Shown here: positions 1 through 9,595 of the stretch, in pieces
Layout: each line of letters starts with the position of its first letter
Position numbering within the stretch: position 1 is the stretch's first letter
Source: Nannocystis pusilla
GTDB taxonomy: Bacteria > Myxococcota_A > Polyangia > Nannocystales > Nannocystaceae
Length of the DNA: 64,000 nucleotides
NCBI RefSeq assembly: GCF_026626665.1
Contig: NZ_JAPNKE010000002.1
Span: forward strand, 3,693,168 to 3,757,167
Reading direction: 5' to 3'
Program-made: the position numbers and the translations under genes
Notes under the pieces: model-generated
Database searches by the model: none
Seen by the model: only the letters and a program-made list of their open reading frames with translations
What the model was told of the DNA's origin: nothing

Positions 1-657
1 CAGGCCCAGCGCGACCTCTCCGTCTCCCTGGAGTGGCTCGGGGACGTGGAAGTGCAGGCGGGCAATCTCGCTGCCGCCCGCGGCCACTTCGACCGCTCCC
101 TCAAGGCCCGCGAAGCGCTGGCCGCCGTGGACCCGACCAGCACCCAGGCCCAGCGCGCCATCTCCGTCTCCCTGATGAAGCTCGGGGACGTGGAAATGCA
201 GGCGGGCAACCTCGCTGCCGCCCGCGGCCACTTCGACCGCTCCCTCAAGGGAGCCGAAGCGCTGGCTGCCGCCGATCCGAACAGTGCCCAGGCCCAGCGC
301 GACCTCTCCGTCCCCCTAGAAAAGCTCGGGGACGTGGAGGTACAGGCAGGCAACCTCGCCGCCGCCCGCGGCCACTTCGACCGTTCCCTCAAGATCGCCG
401 AAGCGCTGGCCGCCGCCGACCCGACCAGCGCCCAGGCCGTGTTTGATGTTGTTCTCTTGCATCTCCGCTTCATGGAGATCACCCTACGCGAACAAAACCC
501 GGCGTCCCTTCGAACACACCTCCAGACCGCAAAAACACTGCTCGCCGAGATGGACCGCCGCGGCCAGGTCGCAGGCTTTGCCCAGCGCGAGCAGCTTCGT
601 ACACTCCTCCAGAATCTACAAGCCGAACTCGACGGCCCTCTCAAACCCCAAAGATGA
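1..657 (+). CDS. TPR-like repeat protein, C-terminal fragment; the 5' end lies outside the window. It contains 3.5 near-identical 120-nt (40-aa) repeats, LGDVExQAGNLAAARGHFDRSLKxAEALAAADPxSxQAQRDLSVSLEK.
   Basis: Frame-1 ORF is open from nt 1 to TGA at 655-657. The repeat periodicity is visible at both nucleotide and protein level. The alpha-helical TPR-like pattern is typical of STAND/NB-ARC C-terminal sensor arrays. Confidence 0.6.
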   Translation, partial: QAQRDLSVSLEWLGDVEVQAGNLAAARGHFDRSLKAREALAAVDPTSTQAQRAISVSLMKLGDVEMQAGNLAAARGHFDRSLKGAEALAAADPNSAQAQRDLSVPLEKLGDVEVQAGNLAAARGHFDRSLKIAEALAAADPTSAQAVFDVVLLHLRFMEITLREQNPASLRTHLQTAKTLLAEMDRRGQVAGFAQREQLRTLLQNLQAELDGPLKPQR

Positions 658-664
658 GCCCCCG

Positions 665-1526
665 ATGTCCTCGCTGCTCGCCGACCTCCGCGCCCGTTAC
701 CTCGAAGGCCGTCTCGTCGTGTTCGCTGGAGCCGGTGTCTCGCACGCGGGCGGCCTCCCCTCCTGGGCCGGCCTGATCCGGTACCTCCTCGCCGAGGCGC
801 GCGCCCTGGCCTCGCCCACGGAGGCGCACGCACTCGGCGAGGCTGACGCTGCGCTCGCCCGCGAGGATTTGATCCGCGCCCTGAGCGTTGTCCAGACGAC
901 GATGACCAGCGCTGCTTACGGCCGTGCCGTCTCCCGCGCCCTCGACGACAGCCGCCTCCCCGCCCCGCCGCTCGCTCGGGCGCTCGCCGGGCTCGCGCCG
1001 ATGCTGCACGCGGTCGTCACCACCAACCTCGATCGCTTCTCGATCGCGCCTTCGCCGGCGAGTGGCCGAGCTTCTCCCTGCCACACCTCAATCTTGGCCA
1101 GCAACGGCATTACATCCTTCAACTCCACGGCACCCGCACAGACCGCAGCTCGTGGGTGCTCGGCGAGCGCGAGTACGAGGATTTGCTGCACGGCCGTCCC
1201 GAACTGCGGCGCTTCGTCGAGGGGCTGTTTCGCTTCCATCCGCTGCTGTTCGTCGGCTACGGTCTGCGCGACCCCGACTTCGACCATCTGTGCGGGCAGC
1301 TCGAGTGTTCGCCCGCGGCCAGGCGCCGCAGCACTTCGCGCTGATGCCGGAGGGCAAGTTCGGCCCGTACGAGCGCCGCCGACTCGCCGAGGCCGGCATC
1401 GAGCTCATCACCTACGCCAACCCTGAAGGCACGCACGCAGCGCTGCTGCAGCTGCTCACGAACCTCGCCGCCGCCCAACCCGGCACCGCGGGTGTGGTAC
1501 CGCCGGATTCCGCGAGGCTCTGTTGA
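665..1526 (+). pseudogene. SIR2_2-family (defence-associated sirtuin-like) protein, disrupted by two frameshifts
   Basis: ATG at 665 is 8 nt after the upstream stop. Motifs seen: LVVFAGAGVSHAGGLPSWAGLI, TTNLDR...AF, LHG...LLFVGYGLRDPDFDHL and a C-terminal ...ELITYANPEGTHAALLQLLTNL. The reading frame goes 2 to 1 at an 11-bp tandem duplication (ctcgatcgc..ctcgatcgc, 1028-1047), then 1 to 3 near 1300. Confidence 0.6.
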
Positions 1527-2290
1527 GGCCGACACCTGGCGCCCGACGGCTTCGCGGCGACGGCCTTGCAACGCCCAGCCGGTCGCTCGTGAGGAGTTCC
1601 ACCGCCTGCTCGCCGCAGAACTCGGCTTGCAGTCGTGGGCGGACGGGCGCGGCGGGACGACCGGCACACGTGGGCAGCGGTCGGCCTGCTGCGCGCTGGG
1701 ATCGTGCGTGACACGGTGGTGGGTGTGCCGGCGCCGACGTGTGCATGGTGCTCCTGAACCTGGAGCGTCTCCACCATCTCTCCACGACACAGGTCGACGC
1801 CCGCGATCCATGGGGACTCGCGGGCGTTCAGAAGGTGAGCGAATTCGTGAACAGATACGCGGGTTTCGGCGATTTGCGAGTGCGATCAACGGGTTGAGAA
1901 ATCCGCGTAGTTACTGCTTCATGCAATAGCCGCCGATCCCTCGATCGCGCTCGCAAGCCGCCCCGAGCCTCCGTCCAGGGCCAGAGGATTCGGCCGATGC
2001 ACGAGAGCCCGCGGACTCGCGGGCTTCGACCTGCGTCCGCGGCTTCGAGCCGAAGCAGCACGAACGAACTGGCGCGCGAGATCCATGAGCGCCGAGGCCA
2101 TCCCGTGACTCTCACCAGGAAATTTCGGCTCCGCGTCGGGGGCGCAATCGGCACGCATCCCGGGCCCGTTCGCTCGCTTGCGCCGAGCCCGCTTCATTGC
2201 ACGCTGAGCTGGCTGGAGGGCGACACGACCGCCCCCCGTCCGATTTGCGATGACCTTGCCTCGGGGCGACTTCCGTCCAGGCTCGCCGCG

Positions 2291-3132
2291 ATGTCCCTCC
2301 CCGCCTTACCTCCTCTCCGTTCGACCGCGACGCCTCTGGCGCTCGCGGCGGCCTGTCTGGTCGCCATGGCCTCCCATGTCGCCACGGGCGCTGCGCCGCA
2401 CGCCGAGGCGACTGCGACTCCAGAGTGCGCCCCGATCCTGTCGCGCCTCTCGCACGCCGCAGCGAATCTCGGTTACGGCATCAGCGCCGAAGCGTTCGGG
2501 CTGGCGGGGAGCAGAGGGCCGAGCCGTCTTCAAGCGACGTGCTCCGCGGAGCGGGTCACGATCGAGCTCACGGAAGAATCCGGCTCCTTGGTGAGCATCC
2601 ACCTCGGCCGCGAGCTCGACCCGCCATTCACGCTGGAGCTCATCGGCCGATTCCCGGGCGCGGGTAACGTCTCGCACACTGCGGTCCTCGGAGACATCAC
2701 AGCAGCCGCGTCGAGTGGATATCTCGCCTTCTCTGCCGACACACCTGGGGGTGGGCGTTCGTCGAGTTCGACCTGGCGGGCGAGGTCTTGGCGGAGGGCG
2801 GGGAGCCGGCGGCAGTGAACCAGGGGCTGGGAACGACGTTGAGCACGTCCGCGACGTGGAAGGATGCCCACGCCCTGAAGCTCGCGCTCGCGGGCTCATG
2901 GGACGCCGGAGCAGGTCAGCCCGGGGACGCGGCGCTCGCGGTCGCGGTCCCCAATCCTCGCGCGTACGGCATCAAGAAGAGCATCATCGGCCAGGCGCTG
3001 GCCTGCGGCGCGGCGGCCCTCACGTGCACGGCCGCCGTGACGTGGTTCCCCCCGGCCGGGGGTTCGTGCGTCGGACAGAGCTCGATCTGCGCCCTGTCGA
3101 TCGGCTGCGCCATCACATCCTGCGCCGACTGA
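2291..3132 (+). CDS. secreted or lipoprotein-like hypothetical protein with a signal peptide and Cys-rich C-terminus; apparent frameshift near 2750 at a G-run
   Basis: N-terminus MSLPALPPLRSTATPLALAAACLVAMAS looks like a signal peptide. Frame 2 (2291-~2760) continues in frame 1 (to 3132) after tgggggtggg. Confidence 0.4.
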
Positions 3133-3146
3133 TCGGAGCTCCCGTC

Positions 3147-3707
3147 GTGCCCGCTCTCCCCGCTCGCCGCACCCTCCTGGACCGCCCGCAGCGCCTCGGC
3201 TTCCTGCCGACCCTTTGGTTCTGGAACGATCGCGAGCGACAGCGCCTCCTGATGCCGCTCATCGTCATGATCGCGCTGCCGCTGACGCCTCTCCTCTTTT
3301 TCCTCATGGTGTGGTTGCAGTTACCCATGTGGACCCTGCTCCTCGCGGGAACCGTGTGGCCGCAACTGGTGTGCGGCCTCGTCGAACGGCGCATTCGTGG
3401 CGAGCTCCGTCGTCGAGCGCTCGACGCGAATCTTCACGCGCTCGCGCCGTTACCCGCGGAGCCGCTGCGGTCGAGCGAGCTCGCGTTCATCCTGTTGGCC
3501 GGCCTCGGGGCCCTCGCAAGCACCCTCGCGGTCGCTGCGGCCTGGGGCGTGGGGCCGGCGCTCTGGACCGCGCTGGGTCTGGTGGTGGTCCTCGTCAGCG
3601 TCTGGGCCGTCTCGCCTCGCCTCTCGCAGCTCGAAGCTCGCGCCCAGGGCGGCCCGGCGCTCGCCGAACCGTCCAGCCCGCGCACCCACCCCGGCGCCCA
3701 CCGGTGA
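3147..3707 (+). CDS. small integral membrane protein, hypothetical
   Basis: Candidate GTG at 3147 sits 15 nt after the upstream stop. Hydrophobic helices MPLIVMIALPLTPLLFFLMVWLQLPMWTLLLAG and AFILLAGLGALASTLAVAAAWGV. Confidence 0.4.
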   Translation: MPALPARRTLLDRPQRLGFLPTLWFWNDRERQRLLMPLIVMIALPLTPLLFFLMVWLQLPMWTLLLAGTVWPQLVCGLVERRIRGELRRRALDANLHALAPLPAEPLRSSELAFILLAGLGALASTLAVAAAWGVGPALWTALGLVVVLVSVWAVSPRLSQLEARAQGGPALAEPSSPRTHPGAHR

Positions 3708-3926
3708 GGCGCCGAGCGGAGGCCCGGCCCCAGGGTTCGAGCACTGCAGCGTCAGCACGCCTCCAATCGTACGAACCTGCCCGCCCACTCAATCAGGGCT
3801 GACCAGGAGCGTCTCTGCGACGTCCCCACGATACCTCGACGACCCCGGGGCAACGACGCTTGCATCAACCCGTGAGCCCCGCCGCGCCCCTGCCCGCCGC
3901 GCGTCCGAAGATGATAGGCTGCCCGG

Positions 3927-5235
3927 ATGTCGCCTTCCCGCTGTCCGGACCCCTGCAGGCTCGCCGCGCTGGCCCTGTTCGCCTGCGGCCCGACCCCCGG
4001 CAGCGACACGACCACCGACACGAGCACGACGACCGCCACGAGTTCCTCGGAGCCGACCGTCGGCACGACGACGACCGGCACGACGACGACCGGCACGACG
4101 ATGACCGGCACACCGACGACCAGCCCCGACGGCGACACGGCCGCCGCCACGACCGTCGGCCCGACGACGACCGGCGTGGACCCGGGCACCACGAGTGACA
4201 CCACCACGACCAGCGACAGCACGACCACCGCCGACGACGACTGCACCATCGTCGAGTTCGCCGAGCCCACGCTCGAGGCCGCCGTGCGCCTAGCCTACGG
4301 TCTACCGCCCGGGCCGATCGCCGGCGACGCGCTGACCGGCCCGGGGGGATCGCCGTCACCGAGCTCCAGCATGGCCCGATCGCCGACCTCACCGGGCTGG
4401 AGTGTGCGACCGGGGTCGTGAGTCTGACCCTGGTCGGCCACGAGGCCTTGACCGACATCTCCCGGATCGCGGGGCTGACCAAGCTCGAGTGGCTCGAGCT
4501 CTCGGAGACCGCGGTCACCGACCTCTCGCCGCTGGCAGAACTGACGGCCCTGAAGAATCTCTACCTCGGCAGCATCCCGGCGACCGACATCAGCCCGCTC
4601 GCCGGTCTGTCCGCCCTCGAATCTCTGAGCCTGAGATCCTCGCCGACCACCGACCTCTCGCCCTTGCAGGGCCTCACGGCGCTCAGGCGGCTCGACCTCG
4701 GCAATACCCTCCCCCCGACCTCTCCCCGCTCACCGGCCTCGTTACCCTCGAGAACCTCGACCTCGCCCTCTCCGGGGTCACCGACCTCGCGCCGCTCGCC
4801 GGCCTGCCGGCGCTCGTCCAGCTCGACCTGACCCACTCCGCGGTCATCGACCTCGGGCCGCTCGCCAGCCTGCCCAAGCTCGAGCGTCTGTTCATCGCCG
4901 ACACCGAGGTCGCCGACCTGTCCCCTCTGACGGGCCTCCCGATCCTCTACCTGTACGCCCCGTCGTGTGCGATCAGCGACCTGAGCCCGATCGCCAGCTT
5001 CCCGCTCCCGGAAGTGATCGACCTCAGGGACAACGCAATCGTCGAGGTCGACGCCCTCGCCGGCGTCGACTGGGTCGCCCCCGAGAATACGTGCGCCATG
5101 CTCCTGCTGACTGGCAATCCGCTGTCCGCCGCGGCCAAGCAGCAGCTCCCCGCCATGTGCGACGCCACCGGTGTCAGCTTCCAGGCCAGCGGCCTCGAGT
5201 GCATCACCGACGCCTGCATCCCCCCGCCGCCCTGA
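3927..5235 (+). CDS. lipoprotein with a Thr-rich linker and leucine-rich repeats (internalin-like, DLSPL periodicity); two apparent frameshifts (~4400, ~4700)
   Basis: N-terminus LAALALFACG is a lipobox. A poly-T/TTTG linker is followed by repeated LxxLxxLxLxxTxVTDLSPLAGL units spread over three frames. Confidence 0.55.
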
Positions 5236-5261
5236 GCTGCCGTCGAACCCGGACGATCCGC

Positions 5262-5746
5262 TCAGCCCGCGGCGCCCTGTTGTAGCGCCGCGAGCACCTG
5301 TGCCTGTCGCGGCGTCGGCTGAGGCGCCGGAAGCTGCGACCTGGCCAGCCGCTCGACGGCCCACGCGTGCGCGGTCATGCCATTGCGGTCGCGCGCGGTC
5401 GGGTCGGCCCCCGCCGCGAGCAGCAGCTCGATCACCGCCACGTCGACATGGCGACCTTGCGGGCGGCGCTCGCGTGCGGAGCGGACGTGAAGGCGTACAA
5501 CGGGCGGCTGTAGCCGAGCAGGTGACGATTCGGATCGGCCCCGGCGGCCAGCAACAGCTCGGTCATCGCCTCGCGCACAGGCGCGTCGGGCCGCATCGTC
5601 GCGGCCCGGATCGGCGCGGTCTCGTATCGGCCGACGCCGTTCGGATCGGCCCCCGCGTCGATCTCCGCACATACGGCCGCGAGGTCCCCGGCTTTGATCG
5701 CCCTGAGCAGGCGCAGCACCTTGCGATGGGCCGGAGTCCTCGCCAC
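5262..5746 (-). CDS. ankyrin-repeat protein with one apparent frameshift
   Basis: Repeated ...LLLAAGADPN... ankyrin consensus on the minus strand, in two frames. Confidence 0.5.
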
Positions 5747-6103
5747 CCAGAGATCTTACCGCGAGCTGCCGCCGACCTCCTTGATCTGCGCCCCGGCGGC
5801 GCTGCCCGACTCGGTCTGCAGCTCGAAATACACCGTGTCGATGCCTGCGCTGGCCCGAGGACCCCGACCCGCGACGCCGCGATCTCCTGAAGCTCTCGCA
5901 CGGAGCAGCGTGGGCGCCTCGCGCAAGACGGGAATGGGCGGCTCCGGGTCGAAGCGCTCCAGCTCCGGCTCGCACACCAAGGTAAGCCGCGCCCGAACCG
6001 CGCACGACCGTCGTGCATCCGGCGGTCGCGCTCGAGGCCGCCGAAAAAATCTACCCTCGCCTTCGCAACACTCGCCCGCGCGGCGGCATACCGGCGGAGA
6101 ACG

Positions 6104-6702
6104 ATGAACCACTCCGGAGCGACCACCGCCCTCGCGGACATCAAGTGGCTGCAACGCCTCGCCGTCGTCCTCGCACGAGACGCCGACGACGCCGCCGACC
6201 TCGTGCAGGACACCCTCGTGACCGCATGGTCCCACCCGCCGGCCGACGACGGCCAGCCGTTGCGCCCGTGGCTGGCGACGGTCCTTCGCAACCGTTTCCG
6301 CATGCAGCTGCGCACGCAGGCGCGCCGTGAGCGGCGCGAGCAGGCCGGGGCGTCGACGGGGGCGACCGTCTCCGAGCCCGACCGAGAGTTGCTGCGCCTG
6401 AGCTGCTCCGTGTCCTCCTCGCCGAGCTCGAGCGGCTCGCGCCCGAGGACCAGAAGATCCTCGTCCGGAGGTTCTTCGAGGGCGAGAGCGCCGCCGAGAT
6501 TGCCCGCGGGCTCGCCATCCCTGCGGCGACCGTCCGCTCGCGCCTCCACCGCTCGCTCCAGCGCCTGCGCGCTCGCATGGACGAGCAGTTCGGGGGCGTT
6601 CGGCCTGGTGTGTCGTGGTCCTGCCCGTGCCTTCCGGCGCGTCGCTCTCATCTGCGAGCCCGAACAGCTCCACGAGCATCGCTGCGAAAGTCATCCTCGT
6701 GA
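6104..6702 (+). CDS. ECF (sigma-70 family) RNA polymerase sigma factor, frameshifted near 6386-6414 by an imperfect ~14-nt tandem duplication
   Basis: Region 2 DLVQDTLVTAW..RPWLATVLRNRFR. Region 4 LLAELERLAPEDQKILVRRFFEGESAAEIARGLAIPAATVRSRLHRSLQRL lies in the adjacent frame. Both frames encode ELLR at the junction. The 3' end is uncertain. Confidence 0.65.
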
Positions 6703-9585
6703 CGAGCATCGTCGGTGTGGCCGGCTGGCTCGCACTCACGGAGCCCTCCCCGGCGGGCCCTCCCTCCGCGGGACCGACTAACTCGCGAACCGTCTCGCAG
6801 TCTCCGGTCGAGGGACCGGCGAGGACGCCGAACGATCCGCGCCGTGCAGATCGGGCGGCCATTTCCGGCTACGTGCGCGACGCCGCGAAGCGACCGGTTC
6901 CGGCCGCGACGGTGTGCGCGGCGTCGTCGTCGGAGGCGCTCGGCGCGTCGGAGCGGCGCGCGAGGCCTTGCACGATCGCAGCGGCGGACGGCTGGTATCG
7001 CCTCGACGGCCTGCTGGCAGCGCCGCATCGCGTCACCGCCAGCGCGCCGCATTTCATCCCGCAGGCGCACCGGAGCGGCTCCGGGGCCCTGGCGCGCGAG
7101 CTGGTGCCTCTGCGCTCCGGGCAGGAACAGCGCGGCATCGACATCACGCTGCTGCCCGGCGGGGTCAACCTCGTCGGGATCGTGCGCGACCTCGGCGGCG
7201 GAGAGGTCGATGGGGCGATCGTCGAAGCGGGCGACGCGGCCGGGCGCTCGGGCGCGGACGGGAGCTTCTCGCTGAGGGTCCGCCCGGGCGAGGTGCTGGT
7301 GAGGGCGACGGCGGAGGGCTACGCGGACACGCAGGCCTCCGGGCGCGCACCGGGATTGACGCTCGAGGTCCTCATGACTCCCGAGTCGGTGCTGCTCGGC
7401 CGGGTGGTGCGCGCCGACGACGGATCGCCGGTCGCGGGCGCCGAGGTGAGCGCGCTCGACGGCGGCGGCTGGGGTCGCCAGGGACCGGCCTTCACCGACG
7501 CCTCCGGAAACTTCAGGATCGACGCGCTGCGACCCGGTGCCTACAAGGCGCGGGCGCTGCATGACGAGGGTCATGGTGCTGCGGCGGCGCTGGTGGTGCT
7601 CGGCCTCGGTGAAACCTCCGCGCCGGTGGAGGTTCGCATGCACCCGGCTTTCCTGGTCGAAGGGACAGTCGTGATCGCCGGCGGGGGCACGTGCGATCGT
7701 GGCTCGATCATCCTCTCGGATCCCCAAGGTCAGCGTCATGCGGCTATCGCCCCCGACGGCAGGGTGCGGATCCCGGCTGCTGCCCGGGAGTTACAAAGTG
7801 GATGTCCGGTGCGAAGGGTTCGTGTCGGCGCCGAGCTACCCGCCCCTGGCGATCGCCGACCGCAGCCTCCGCGAGCTACGGTGGGAGGTCCGACCGGGTC
7901 AGGCGATCCGCGGCACGGTCGTCGCTAAGACCAGGGAGCCCGGCACTGCGACGACGGTGACGGTGAGCCCGCAGGTCGATCCGAGCCGTTCGAATGCGCA
8001 GTCGACCAGCGGCCGCGCAGAGGCCGACGACAACGGACGGTTCGAAGTCACGGGCCTGCTGCCGGGGCGCTATGCATTGCGCGTGTTCGCCGGAGATCCG
8101 CCGCAGCTCCTCCCAGGGCCCGAAATCGAGGTTCGTGAAGGACATGACCTCGACGGCCTCCGCATCGAGCTTCCGGCGGCCGGCGAGGTTCGTGGCGAGG
8201 TCCGCGACGTCCACGGCCGAGCCATCCCCGGCGCGCGAGTCTTGCTTCGCGGGCCGAACTACGCGCAGACGACCAGCCTCGACGACGGGAGCTTCCGCCT
8301 CTCCGGCCTCGCTGCCGGCGCGTACCAGGCGAGCGTGAGCAAGAGCTACCAGCCGATGCGCATGCACGACGCCGAGGACGGTGATGCGCCGCGCGTGCAG
8401 GTCGAGACCGGCGAGGCCGCGGTCCTCGACCTCGTCGTCGAGGCCCCGGGCGGGAGGATCACCGGACGGGTCGTGGATGGCGACGAGGCCGCGCAAGACG
8501 ACGTCTTCGTCGAGGTCTTGCACGAGCCCGAGAGCGGCTCACCCGGGGCCGCCTTGCGCGACATGCGGTGGAGCATGGACCGCGGCCTGCGGCCACGGAT
8601 GACCGACGTCGACGGAAGATTCGAGTTTGGCGACCTGCCTGAAGGGACATATACGCTCGTAGCCCACCGGCGTGGCGGCGGCGAGGGGATCGTCGAACGC
8701 GTGGCGCTCGGCAGCGAGGTCGTCGTCCAGATCGCCGCACCGGGCTCGCTGGTCGGAAGGGTGCGCTCGCCCGTCGGCGGCGGACCGGAGCGATTCTCGG
8801 TGGAGCTCCGCGATGTGGCGACCGGCTACCAGGTACGCGACAGCTTCTTCCGCACCGACGGAACGTTCGCGTTCCCGCAGGTCCCCGCAGGGAAGTTCGT
8901 GGTCGCGGTCGAGGCACCCGAAGGCTCGGGCAAGGCCGAGGTCGCGCTGGTGACGGGCGAGCGCGGACAGGTCGAGGTCGTGCTGGCGGGCCGCGTGACC
9001 GTCCGTGGCCGCGTGCTCGACCTCGACACCGGCGAGCCGGTGCCGGGGATGCGCGTGAAGTTCGGCGCGGAAGGGACAGAGGCGTTCATCAGCTCGGCGG
9101 ATCATGTCGACGAGCGCTCGGTGTCCGACGCGGAGGGCCGGTTCGAGGTCGCCGACGTGCCTGTCGGCCACGCGACGGTGGTCGTCACGGCCCGGAGCTT
9201 CGGAGCGACGAGCGACCACGAGACCATCTGGACGCGGGCGATGATCTCGAGCGGTGGCGTGGTCGAACTGGCGCCGCTCCAGGTGCCGCGACGACGGCTT
9301 CACCCCGGCGACGAGGCCGGCGAGCTCGGCATGAGGATGCGGCGCGACGACCCGACGGAGGGAGCGGAAGCGCGGCGGCCGACAGTCGCGTTCGTGCAGC
9401 CTGGCGGCCCGGCGGCGCACGCCGGGCTGCGGCCCGGCGACGCGATCGTCGCGGTCGACGGACATGACGTCACCGGCGACCACGTGCAGCGCTTCGATGC
9501 CCTGACACGTGTGCCCGTGGGAACCGAGCTCCGCCTCGAGCTCGTGCGTGGAGGCAGCGTCACCCTCACCGCCGCACGCCGATGA
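6615..9585 (+). CDS. membrane-anchored anti-sigma-like protein with carboxypeptidase-regulatory-like (CarboxypepD_reg) repeats and a C-terminal PDZ domain; frameshift near 7700
   Basis: TM helix AKVILVTSIVGVAGWLAL sits just downstream of the sigma gene. Repeated GxVxDxxGxPVxGAxVxxxxxxxxTDxxGxFxxxxLxxGxY units. C-terminal PDZ: GLRPGDAIVAVDG. Confidence 0.6.
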
Positions 9586-9595
9586 GTCGTCGGCT

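Noticed and set aside
5563-6862. Long minus-strand ORFs (362 and 368 aa) antisense to the ECF sigma gene
   Set aside because: Translations are Arg/Ala/Gly-rich with no motifs. The sense strand carries clear sigma-70 regions 2 and 4.
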